Of a stretch of DNA of 52,120 nucleotides, positions 42,469-51,455 are shown piece by piece. Position 1 is the first letter of the stretch; each line of letters begins with the position of its first letter. Below the pieces are notes generated by a model. That model did not search any database. It was not told the origin of the DNA and was given only the letters and a program-made list of their open reading frames with translations. A program made the position numbers and the translations under genes. Source of the stretch: a virus (taxonomy: Duplodnaviria > Caudoviricetes); IMG/VR virus record IMGVR_UViG_3300006120_000030, positions 1 to 52,120 of that record; one strand, given 5' to 3'.

Positions 42469-42701
42469 TCCTCGCGCTGCAGGTGATGGGGATCTTCTTC
42501 CTGGGCGGGTGCTGGATGAGTCTGATGCTCATCTTGTACCACGTCGTGCGCATCAAGAACCTTCTCACCCAAGAGATCGAGGTCCTGTCAGCGATGTCCG
42601 AGTCCAAGTCGGACCCGTCCAGGACCTCTGCCGCCAACCTGACTTCCAGGCTGGCTGACATACAACAGGCGAGGTTCTCGCCCAGGGTGTTCATTCGATG
42701 A
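42465..42701 (+). CDS. small membrane protein
   Basis: N-terminal TM; ATGA-coupled on both sides. Confidence 0.55.
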   Translation: MILALQVMGIFFLGGCWMSLMLILYHVVRIKNLLTQEIEVLSAMSESKSDPSRTSAANLTSRLADIQQARFSPRVFIR

Positions 42702-42994
42702 CGAAGAAGGCAGCTGTGTACGCGAGCACTGCAGAGACCGACGGAGGCGTCAACTACCGCGAGATCGCGGAAGTCATGACCGAGATCGGCTTCAAGATGA
42801 ACCATTCTTCAGCGAGGAATTACGTACTTCGCGTGATGTCCAAGTTCGCTCGAGAGATCGTCAAGCAGTGGGATCTGGAAGTGAACGACGACCGCATTGA
42901 CGCAATCGTCAAGGCACCACAATTCCAGCAGGGAATTTGCGAGGTGCTGCAGAAGATCGAAGCACAGAAGCGCCTCTCGCGCGAGGCAAGGTGA
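42698..42994 (+). CDS. helix-turn-helix protein resembling sigma region 4.2
   Basis: GVNYREIAEVMTEIGFKMNHSSARNYVLRVMSKF. Confidence 0.65.
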   Translation: MTKKAAVYASTAETDGGVNYREIAEVMTEIGFKMNHSSARNYVLRVMSKFAREIVKQWDLEVNDDRIDAIVKAPQFQQGICEVLQKIEAQKRLSREAR

Positions 42995-42997
42995 TGA

Positions 42998-43333
42998 ATG
43001 AGACTTCACAAGCAGAGCATTTCCCGCGTCAACCTGACTGACATCCTTCGCCGGCGCCGCAAGACGCTCGCAAAATTCCTCCAGGAGTCAGGAATCACGA
43101 CCTTCGAGCTCCTCAAGGATCGCTGTCGCAGCATGGGAGTGAACCCTCCGTCAGAGAAGCAATTTCTCGACGTTGTGGGAACCGCTCTTCCGACCGTCAG
43201 CTCTCAGACCGAGGGGGTCGTTGTGCTCGAGGCACCCATCTGCCTGCCCGAGGACACAGTCACGCTGATGAGACCTGTGCCGGTGCTCGATGAGCCTCCC
43301 AAGAAGAAGGCTCGAAAGCCAGACGCTCCCTGA
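42998..43333 (+). CDS. hypothetical protein
   Basis: ORF in the sigma operon. Confidence 0.65.
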   Translation: MRLHKQSISRVNLTDILRRRRKTLAKFLQESGITTFELLKDRCRSMGVNPPSEKQFLDVVGTALPTVSSQTEGVVVLEAPICLPEDTVTLMRPVPVLDEPPKKKARKPDAP

Positions 43334-43359
43334 CCCTACGGGAGTTTGCCCGCGTGCAC

Positions 43360-43400
43360 ATCTGCCTTGGGGCGCTGTCGGACGGCGTTTCAGGGCAGAT
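43360..43400 (+). terminator. long GU-containing hairpin after the sigma operon (terminator or processing site)
   Basis: atctgccttggggcgctgt/acggcgtttcagggcagat; no clear U-tract. Confidence 0.4.
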
Positions 43401-43469
43401 CTGTGTGAGATCAGTGCAAAGTGGGGCGGCTGTGTGGTATAGTTCTTAAGTCGAAGGACTCACCCCCAG

Positions 43470-44204
43470 ATGAACATCCCTCCCAGCTCTCACGCTGCTG
43501 TCCTTACGCGGTTGATCCTTCAGAAGGTGATGACCTCGCCGTCGGTCAAGTACATGAAGGAAGGTGACCTGAGTCGCCTCAACAAGGCGTTCCTGTCGCA
43601 CGACGTTCTAAACGGGGCTCCTGGGTTCACGTTCGAGTACGAGGTCAAGAAGGACAACGGGGGCTATCCCATAATCTGCACCATGGGATTCTACTGGTCA
43701 GAGGACCAGAAGGACGTCAAGGACCGCGAGGGAAACCTGTGGACCATGGTCCGTCTGGCCTTCAGGCTCTCTGTTGCTGGAGCTGCGTATCAGAACCCTG
43801 CTGCCTTCGAGGCTCGTGGGGAGTGTATCCACGCCCTGTCGCAGTTCGTGTCAGAGATCTCCTCGATGATCACTGGCCCTGTGTCGTGCATGACCCATGA
43901 CAACGATGCACGCCTCGAGAAGGAAGAAAAGGAACGACTCCTTCGAGCTGTCGAGGAGATCACTCGTGTTGTCAAGCAGAACAAGCTGCGGCACGAGATG
44001 AGGATCGGATCGGTCCGCAAGTGGGCGTCCTACGGTCGAGAGCGGGCTCTCTTCTCGGACATCAAGCCTGGCACCTACAAGATCAAGTACGATGACGGCA
44101 GCAGCCGCAAGCCGAACATGAAGTACTACACCCTCCGGATCCCGGATGCACCCAGCATGAGCTGGACCTTCCAGCGGGTCGACTACGCCCTCTTCAATCG
44201 CTGA
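43470..44204 (+). CDS. hypothetical protein
   Basis: AAGGA SD; promoter motif at 43414. Confidence 0.7.
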   Translation: MNIPPSSHAAVLTRLILQKVMTSPSVKYMKEGDLSRLNKAFLSHDVLNGAPGFTFEYEVKKDNGGYPIICTMGFYWSEDQKDVKDREGNLWTMVRLAFRLSVAGAAYQNPAAFEARGECIHALSQFVSEISSMITGPVSCMTHDNDARLEKEEKERLLRAVEEITRVVKQNKLRHEMRIGSVRKWASYGRERALFSDIKPGTYKIKYDDGSSRKPNMKYYTLRIPDAPSMSWTFQRVDYALFNR

Positions 44205-44216
44205 ACAAAGGAACAC

Positions 44217-45560
44217 ATGAGCACTGTCATCGAAATTCTCGAATCCCTCGAAGCTGTCAGCGGTCGCCTCGCCAAGGAGGCCATTCTCGACGAGCATCGC
44301 AAGAACAAGCTGCTGAAGCGGGCACTGATCCTGGCGTGTGACGCCAACGTGCCGTTCTACTTCAACAAGTTCAAGATGCCGAAGGCATCGATGGTGAGCT
44401 CTGGTGACGACATGGTCGAGGCCTTCCTCGACGTCATCACCGAGAAGCTGGCGTCCCGAGCGGTCAAGGGCAATGCCGCCAAGGACCTGGTCAACAGCCA
44501 CTTCCTGAAGATGACTGCCGTGGAGCAGAAGTGGTGCCAGCGCATCCTCCTGAAGAACCTCCGATGCGGCGTGTCTGACTCGGCCATCAACAAGACGTGG
44601 CCCAACTCGATCGTGGGCTTCGCAGTCCAGCTCGCGGAGACCCTGAAGTCCTCCTGCGAGAACGGCAAAATCACCATCCTCGGCGAGGTGAAGTACCCGG
44701 TCCGCGGCGATCCCAAGCTCGACGGTCTCCGATGCGTCGCTATCAAGCGGTGCGGCGTGGTGTCCCTGTTCACCCGCAGTGGCAGTCCCATCGAGACCTT
44801 GCCCCGCATCGCGGCGCGGCTCGAGGCGTTGGAGTACGACGACTTCGTGCTCGACGGCGAGGCCCTTGGCGATGACTGGAACGAGTCCGCTTCGGTCGTG
44901 ATGTCGCCGAAGTCCAAGAAGGACGACTCCAACATGAAGTACCACGTCTTCGACGGCATGAGCCTCGAGGAGTGGGACACCCAGACGTCGGAGATGACCT
45001 ACGAGGACCGCCTCTCGTACATCGAGTCCATCCTCGAGGCCGAGGGCGACGACAGCCCGCTCCGCATCGTCGAGGGCGAGATCCTCAAGAACGAGAAGGA
45101 GCTGATGAAGTTCTACTCGAAGGTGATGGACAAGGGCTACGAGGGCATCATGGTGAAGGACACCGGTGCCTACTACTGCTGGAAGCGCACGGAGGCGGTC
45201 CAGAAGCTCAAGCCCATTCAGACCTTCGAGGGCGTGGTCGTGGGACACAATGAGGGTCGTCGAGGCTCGAAGCGTGAGGGCATGTGGGGCGGCTTCAACG
45301 TCGTCCTTCCCAACGGCGTGGTCACCAAGGTGGGCGGCGGCTTCACCGACAAGCTCAAGGCCGAGATCGACCTCGATCCGGACGCTTGGCTCGGCCTCAT
45401 CGTCGAGGTCGAGGGCCAGCCCGACCCGATGACCGCTGACGGTCTGTCGGCCGACGGCAAGGTCCGGTTCCCGGTGTACTGCCGGACCCGTGACGCCTCC
45501 GACGTGGATCCCAAGGTCGTCAAGGCGGGGAAGAAGTACCTCGCGGAGAACAAGGAATGA
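44217..45560 (+). CDS. ATP-dependent DNA ligase
   Basis: PKLDGLRC, TRSG, VLDGE, YHVFD, GYEGIMVKD, KLKP, VGGGFTD, VRFP. Confidence 0.95.
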   Translation: MSTVIEILESLEAVSGRLAKEAILDEHRKNKLLKRALILACDANVPFYFNKFKMPKASMVSSGDDMVEAFLDVITEKLASRAVKGNAAKDLVNSHFLKMTAVEQKWCQRILLKNLRCGVSDSAINKTWPNSIVGFAVQLAETLKSSCENGKITILGEVKYPVRGDPKLDGLRCVAIKRCGVVSLFTRSGSPIETLPRIAARLEALEYDDFVLDGEALGDDWNESASVVMSPKSKKDDSNMKYHVFDGMSLEEWDTQTSEMTYEDRLSYIESILEAEGDDSPLRIVEGEILKNEKELMKFYSKVMDKGYEGIMVKDTGAYYCWKRTEAVQKLKPIQTFEGVVVGHNEGRRGSKREGMWGGFNVVLPNGVVTKVGGGFTDKLKAEIDLDPDAWLGLIVEVEGQPDPMTADGLSADGKVRFPVYCRTRDASDVDPKVVKAGKKYLAENKE

Positions 45561-46009
45561 AAACGATCAGCGTCAAGATTCCGTTCGACCTCGTCGAGCG
45601 TCTCCTCGAGGCAGAGGGCACGTCGGACGAGGTCGAGGCTCGACGGCCGGTGGCCGATGCCGTCATTCGGGAGGCCAAGAAATTGGCTTCGAGGCCCAAG
45701 ACTGTTGTCGCTGCCAAGACTGCGCCCGGCGACTTGGCGAGGTCGGCCATCAATGACATGAAGGCGGGCATCAAGGAGTTCGGCTCGTACACGTACGAGG
45801 ACAAGGGACCGCACGAGGTGATGGACGTCGGAGTCCACGCCGCTGCCTTCCGAGAAGCGGGTTCTGCTCTCGCCATCCAGGCGTTTCACGACCTGGTCGA
45901 CGGAAAGGATCACCGACAGATCAGCCTCGCAGCGGGCATCGTTGGAGAGCTCGAGGACTGGGATGAGCTCTGGGACCACAACGAGGACTTCCTGGGCACG
46001 TTCTACTGA
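45557..46009 (+). CDS. hypothetical protein
   Basis: ATGA-coupled to the ligase. Confidence 0.65.
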   Translation: MKTISVKIPFDLVERLLEAEGTSDEVEARRPVADAVIREAKKLASRPKTVVAAKTAPGDLARSAINDMKAGIKEFGSYTYEDKGPHEVMDVGVHAAAFREAGSALAIQAFHDLVDGKDHRQISLAAGIVGELEDWDELWDHNEDFLGTFY

Positions 46010-46204
46010 CATCCAAATTGGTCGAGTCCTCCTATTTAGGCCGTCCCGGGGACTGCCCGGACTTTGAGGAAAAACCTTGGGTGTAAACCACCAGCCAGTT
46101 TTCTGAGAATATTCTGCGCGTCTCTGGGAGCACCAGTCCTAGGGCCGCGCAGCTCTCTTTGGCTCGTGGAACGGAGTATAGTGCGACATTAGGATGGACG
46201 TAGG

Positions 46205-46657
46205 ATGACGGCATACCGGGTCGTAGATGACCACAGCGAGCTAGCAAATGCTGGGACGGTCCCTCACGCCGACCTAGACTCTTACGTCCTCGACTCGGGT
46301 TGGGTGATCGTCAGTGGCTCTGCCGGACCTGTTCCTCCCAGTGCGAGGCTTCTCAAGGCGGGTGCTGGCATCTCCATCGTCGACAACGGGCCGGGCGGCA
46401 CGCTCGTCATCACGGCGGTCACGACTCCCACGGCACAGATGTCCTGGATGGAGGTGCCGAGTGGAGTGCCCGACGGGTCGAATTTCACGTTCAGTCTGGC
46501 TCACTCTCCTGTGCCATCTAGCGCTCTCATGTTCTTCGTGAATGGCGTTCTCCAGCTGCAAGGCGCTGGCAGTGACTACACCCTCGCCGGAGGAGCTGTG
46601 AGCCTCTCTGTTCCGCCCAGAAGCGGTAGCAACATCCTAGCAACGTACCCGTACTGA
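46205..46657 (+). CDS. putative virion structural (tail/fibre-associated) protein
   Basis: DG.N.TFSL...P....FVNGVLQ....DYT beta-repeat motif. Confidence 0.65.
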   Translation: MTAYRVVDDHSELANAGTVPHADLDSYVLDSGWVIVSGSAGPVPPSARLLKAGAGISIVDNGPGGTLVITAVTTPTAQMSWMEVPSGVPDGSNFTFSLAHSPVPSSALMFFVNGVLQLQGAGSDYTLAGGAVSLSVPPRSGSNILATYPY

Positions 46658-46705
46658 GCCAACAAATCGAGCAGGGTCCCATAGTTAGCTCTGCGGAGTT
46701 GAACT

Positions 46706-48322
46706 ATGGCCAGAACTTTCGTTGACCAGCCCACGCAGATCTTTCACTCAGACTACTACGATGACTCCCTAGCGACGGGCATTGGCCTGCAGACGGGATC
46801 CACGTCAGTCGAGGACGATCTCAACGCGATCAGGACCCAAGTCAGGCAGCTCCTGTGGGCCAGCGTGTCGGGCTCGTGGTATGACGCCGTTCCCTCGGTG
46901 ACGGGAGTCTACGGCACGTTCCCTAGCAGGGGTGTCAACACGCTGGGCGCAGACCTCAAGAACCTGGAGCAGCACAGGTTCCTCTACCGCTCCCAAATCC
47001 TGAACACAGTTTCAGTGGGAACGGGATCCAACTACGCTTTGCTGAGCGTGTCTCTCGGCACTGCTCCGGCGAACTATGCGGTCGTCAACGAGCCCGTCGG
47101 ATACTCTACGGGAACGATGTTGGCCAGCACGACTTACGGTGCTTGGTCAAATGCGATCGTCAGCGGCACGACGGTTCTCACTCCCAAGAACCTCGTCCTG
47201 GTTCGAGACGCTTTCACTCATCAGGCGCTGACGTCTAGCGTGGGAATCAACGAGATCTTCGGTCTCCTCCAGGCAGAGTCTGGAACGGTCTCTGGTGACG
47301 CCTTCAATGACTCCACCAAGAGAACCCAGATCTCCTTCGTGTATGAGGCGACCGTGCTGGGAACGTCCTCGCTCGTGGCAGCAAATGCGATCGATGTGGG
47401 TGGCCGAGTCCTCAACTACTCCTACGTCAAGCGCTCCGCACTGTCCTCTCTGCCAGAGGATGCCTATCTGTCTGACAACATCTTCATCGACGTGCCGCCC
47501 TCGTTCACCGGCACGATGGTCTCGCTTAGCGACATCACGCTCCAGAGAGCCATCACCAACCAGGGCGCGACGGTAGTCACCGACACAGCGGGAACCAACA
47601 TCCAGCTCGGTCAGGGTTCTTCGTGGACGTTCCTGAGCGGCACCACACCACTGTGGACCCTCGCAGCAGGAGCCAACACGCTGGTCTTCAACCTGACTAA
47701 GCTGTCAGTCTCTAGCACGCTACCCACTTCATTCCAGCAAGGTGTGTCGGTCGCCACGGGCTCCACACAGATCAACCTGGGAGTGACACCGGGATGGATC
47801 GACTCGGTCGCCGGACTGACAGTGAGAGCTGCGAGCGGCAGCAACCTTGTCCTGTCGGGTGGAAGTCAGGTGGTCTTTGGGGACGGGTTCGGTGGTTCAT
47901 CGACCTACCCATCAGGACTGATTCCTCTTGCTACAGCATCTCTTGAGTGGAGCAACTTCTACTCTGCGTTCGGAGCACGCTCTCTCTTGGGAGCTATGAC
48001 GTTCCTGTCCAACTCTCTGTCGGGAGCTTCGTTGACAAGAAGCAGAGCTCAGGCGGGTACTACGACTGGTGGAGCTGGCATCGCTCCCAACACGAACGTC
48101 ACATACCCGACGAACCTCGATGCTCCGCTGCTCAACTACACGGGCAAGAGCTTCACGAACAACATGAACATCTACCTGAACGGTGTTCTCCTCTACCCAG
48201 GAACTGACTCCACGAACTCCAACGACGTGTACCCTGGAACGTCTCCGACGACCGGAGACCTGAAGTTCCCAATGAAGATCCGCAGCGGGTCCATCATCAC
48301 GATGGAGCTGTTCTCGAGCTAA
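46706..48322 (+). CDS. putative virion structural protein
   Basis: 538 aa, S/T/G-rich, IYLNGVLL C-terminal motif; late motif upstream. Confidence 0.65.
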   Translation: MARTFVDQPTQIFHSDYYDDSLATGIGLQTGSTSVEDDLNAIRTQVRQLLWASVSGSWYDAVPSVTGVYGTFPSRGVNTLGADLKNLEQHRFLYRSQILNTVSVGTGSNYALLSVSLGTAPANYAVVNEPVGYSTGTMLASTTYGAWSNAIVSGTTVLTPKNLVLVRDAFTHQALTSSVGINEIFGLLQAESGTVSGDAFNDSTKRTQISFVYEATVLGTSSLVAANAIDVGGRVLNYSYVKRSALSSLPEDAYLSDNIFIDVPPSFTGTMVSLSDITLQRAITNQGATVVTDTAGTNIQLGQGSSWTFLSGTTPLWTLAAGANTLVFNLTKLSVSSTLPTSFQQGVSVATGSTQINLGVTPGWIDSVAGLTVRAASGSNLVLSGGSQVVFGDGFGGSSTYPSGLIPLATASLEWSNFYSAFGARSLLGAMTFLSNSLSGASLTRSRAQAGTTTGGAGIAPNTNVTYPTNLDAPLLNYTGKSFTNNMNIYLNGVLLYPGTDSTNSNDVYPGTSPTTGDLKFPMKIRSGSIITMELFSS

Positions 48323-48343
48323 CGGGCCCAGTAGAATCTGGCC

Positions 48344-48850
48344 ATGAGCGACTTTCACGAGGGGCGAGTGGCTGCGACGTTTCTGATGGGCAACCGCCTG
48401 GAGAACGTCAAGGAAGCATACGAGAGTGAGGTGGTTCGTTTTGACGCTGTCAAGACGGGCTTTGCCATGGCGGGTGCTCGGCTGGAGGAGTACCGCGCAA
48501 AGGTTCGAGAGGACACGACCACGGGCAAGATCGCGCTCAAGGAGGGCGAGTGCGCCAACTCCTACATCTCGGCGTGCGTGGAGCTAGTCAAGCAACTCTT
48601 TCAGGACACGGAGGCCAAGCGACTTGCGGCGTACGGTGCTGCTGAGGCGATGAAGAAGGCGGTCGCCGAGGCAAAAGCAGCCTGGGATGCCGAGAGGTCC
48701 AAGCTCGCAGAGGTCGTGGCGTTCGAGGCCCAGAAGCCTCAAGACCTGAAGACACGGCCCGTGGGCTTTCTGCCCGAGAAGAGCTCCATCGACCAGTCGA
48801 TCTCTGATCCTCCAGCCCAGCCCAAAAAGCGCAAGAAGACAACGGCCTAG
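48344..48850 (+). CDS. hypothetical helical protein
   Basis: ORF in structural block. Confidence 0.65.
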   Translation: MSDFHEGRVAATFLMGNRLENVKEAYESEVVRFDAVKTGFAMAGARLEEYRAKVREDTTTGKIALKEGECANSYISACVELVKQLFQDTEAKRLAAYGAAEAMKKAVAEAKAAWDAERSKLAEVVAFEAQKPQDLKTRPVGFLPEKSSIDQSISDPPAQPKKRKKTTA

Positions 48851-48869
48851 ACTCGATATGTAGTCCTAC

Positions 48870-49352
48870 ATGGCTAGGACACCCGACGACTTTCCGGGAG
48901 AGAGGATTGACGAAGCCCTTCTTCTCATTCCCACTGGAACGCTGCCGACGCAGAACGGCGAGATCTTCTACCTCACGGGTAGCGGATTTCGCTTCTATGA
49001 GGAGGGCATCATCAAGACGCTGTCGGCGTCGTCGGGAATGTCTGCCTACGACCATGAGCGCCTCCACCAGCTAGTCCACCTAGCACAGGGCGGAGGACCA
49101 TGGGTGGGGTTTGAAGGAGCAATCGAGGACGAGGGTCCCATGCCGTTTCCCACTGCCAGCATCTGGTGGACTGATTCCTCGAGGACCAAGAAGATCGTCC
49201 AGGCCAACATCACGAGGAACCCGAACAAGGCTCCCAGCAGCGTGCAGTGGGTGGCGTTCGATCTGGATGGTGTGACGCCGGTCGAATCCTTGACCGACAA
49301 CATACTGTACAACGGCGCGTTTGAAGTGTCGCGCTCGAGGACCAGTCCATGA
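48870..49352 (+). CDS. putative virion protein
   Basis: shares QL.HLA..GP..PFPTASIW.TDSSRT domain with 49349. Confidence 0.65.
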   Translation: MARTPDDFPGERIDEALLLIPTGTLPTQNGEIFYLTGSGFRFYEEGIIKTLSASSGMSAYDHERLHQLVHLAQGGGPWVGFEGAIEDEGPMPFPTASIWWTDSSRTKKIVQANITRNPNKAPSSVQWVAFDLDGVTPVESLTDNILYNGAFEVSRSRTSP

Positions 49353-50107
49353 GTCACAATCCGACAGCGGTGCTCATAGACGTCTCGGGTAGCCAGGTAG
49401 GAACGGCAGTCAACCCGTTCTTCATTTCTGGCTCTGCACCCATTGTCAATGTAACAAACGTTATCTCCGTAGGCGGTGGCGGAGCAGATCCTAATGCAGC
49501 GTATATCGTTCTGTCGGTCACGGGTTCGCTCCCTAATGACAGAAGAATGCTTGCAGGAAATGGTCTGGGAAGCTCTGATACAGGGCCGGGTGGGTCTTTT
49601 ACGCTTTCGATTGACAACTCTGTTGTAGCAACTGTCAGTGGAACTACTTTCACGGGACCTGTAAAGGGTGCTGGGGGTATCAGTGGTTCGCTAACAAAGC
49701 TAGTCGATGGAACGTCATACATCGTCGCTGGAGCCGGAGTCAGTGTAACTTCACGTTCAAACGGCTCAATTTTGATTTCCCAGACCGTGCCCTTCACGTC
49801 AGCGTCACATGCTGGCATGAGGCAGCTGATCCACCTTGCGCCAGATGGGCCGTATGAGTCATTCGGGCCGAACGCAGTATGCGACACTGGTCCTCCTCCA
49901 TTTCCGACGGCGAGCATCTGGTACACAGACTCTTCTCGAACTGCGAGGATCATCGATACTTACGTGACGTACAATCCCAACAAGACGATCGGTACCATCT
50001 TGAACCGCGTCTATGACGTCGATGGCGTGACAATTGTGTCATCTTCTCTCGACAGTATTACTTACTCAGGCGTGTTTGAGACCAGCAGAACAAGGACAAT
50101 GACATGA
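49349..50107 (+). CDS. putative virion/fibre protein
   Basis: GISGSLTKLVDGTSYIVAG segment; C-terminal domain paralogous to 48870. Confidence 0.65.
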   Translation: MSHNPTAVLIDVSGSQVGTAVNPFFISGSAPIVNVTNVISVGGGGADPNAAYIVLSVTGSLPNDRRMLAGNGLGSSDTGPGGSFTLSIDNSVVATVSGTTFTGPVKGAGGISGSLTKLVDGTSYIVAGAGVSVTSRSNGSILISQTVPFTSASHAGMRQLIHLAPDGPYESFGPNAVCDTGPPPFPTASIWYTDSSRTARIIDTYVTYNPNKTIGTILNRVYDVDGVTIVSSSLDSITYSGVFETSRTRTMT

Positions 50108-51429
50108 GCGTTCAAAGCCCCGCAGTGATTCTCTACGATGTGAACGGCAATGCCATCAATGCCGGCAACCCGCTCGCAGTCAGCGGATCACTGACTGTCT
50201 CAACCACGGGATCGCTGCCTGTCACGTTGCAGCCGGGAGGAACAGTTACTGTCACGTCGACTGGCTCCCTTCCCGTCACCCTGCAGTCGGGCGCATCGAT
50301 CTTGGTGTCCAGCACGGGCTCTCTGCCCGTCGTCGGTTCTGTCGTCGTCACGTCGACGGGATCTCTTCCGGTCACTCTGCAAGCTGGCTCGGCGGTCACA
50401 GTTTCGAGCACTGGCTCCCTGCCCGTCACGATCCAGGCAGGTTCAACGGTAATCGCGGTCGGTGCAGCACAGACGGGATCTGTCTCGTACAGCTTCCCCG
50501 TCCTCGTCGCCGGTCTGGACAGCGGAAGCAACTCTCGCGCTCTGCTCACTGACAACACGGGCAAGCTGATCGTCTCGGTCACAGACACGGCGCCGCTGGC
50601 GATCAGCGGAACGGTGTCGATCACGGGATCCGTCAACGTTGTCTCGCCGATCACAGTCACGACGACCGGTTCCCTTCCGGTCACCCTGCAGGCAGGCGGA
50701 ACGGTCACAGTCACTTCTACGGGCTCTCTCCCAGTCACTCTTCAGACCGGCGCGACGGTCTTCGTCACCTCCACTGGTTCTCTTCCCGTCGTCGGCTCGG
50801 TCACGGTCACCTCAACTGGCTCTCTCCCGGTCACGCTTCAGGCTGGTTCTTCGGTCACGGTCACCTCGACCGGTTCCCTTCCAGTCACTCTGCAGGCGGG
50901 TTCCTCTGTCACTGTCGCTGGTTTGACGCAGACCGGCTCTCTCGGTTATGGATTCCCGGTCATCGTCTCAGGTCTTGACAGCGGAAGCACAGTCAGGGCG
51001 CTGTTCACTGATCCGACTGGCCGTCAGGTCGTCGTCGGTCCGAACCTCTCGGGATCTACAGCAACGAATGCAGCGCCCGTCATCGTCGGCGGAACGGACT
51101 CCTCGGGCGTCGTTCGAACGGTTCGCACGGACACTGTTGGGCGTCTGGTTGTGAATCAGATTGCAACATCGTCTTCTCTCGCAAACTATGCCGCGTCACT
51201 CAGCAACGTCGTTCTTCTCTCAGGTAACCTCAGCAGAGAAGGCGCAATCGTCTTCAATGACAGCACGGCGACCATGTACCTGAAGCTTGGTCAGATTGCT
51301 AGCACCACAAGCTTTACTGCGAAGCTCACTGCTCAGTCTTACTTTGAGGTCCCATACGGCTTCACGGGAGAGCTTGATGCTGTGTGGAACGTCGCGACTG
51401 GCAGCGCTCGCGTCACTGAACTCACGTGA
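50104..51429 (+). CDS. putative fibre protein with TGSLPVTLQ tandem repeats
   Basis: two duplicated blocks of STGSLPV(T/V) repeats. Confidence 0.7.
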   Translation: MSVQSPAVILYDVNGNAINAGNPLAVSGSLTVSTTGSLPVTLQPGGTVTVTSTGSLPVTLQSGASILVSSTGSLPVVGSVVVTSTGSLPVTLQAGSAVTVSSTGSLPVTIQAGSTVIAVGAAQTGSVSYSFPVLVAGLDSGSNSRALLTDNTGKLIVSVTDTAPLAISGTVSITGSVNVVSPITVTTTGSLPVTLQAGGTVTVTSTGSLPVTLQTGATVFVTSTGSLPVVGSVTVTSTGSLPVTLQAGSSVTVTSTGSLPVTLQAGSSVTVAGLTQTGSLGYGFPVIVSGLDSGSTVRALFTDPTGRQVVVGPNLSGSTATNAAPVIVGGTDSSGVVRTVRTDTVGRLVVNQIATSSSLANYAASLSNVVLLSGNLSREGAIVFNDSTATMYLKLGQIASTTSFTAKLTAQSYFEVPYGFTGELDAVWNVATGSARVTELT

Positions 51430-51455
51430 TGAAAACGTTGTAGGATGGACAATCA

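Noticed and set aside
50104-51429. Diversity-generating retroelement repeats
   Set aside because: Repeats differ at synonymous positions rather than at adenines only, and no reverse transcriptase is in the window.
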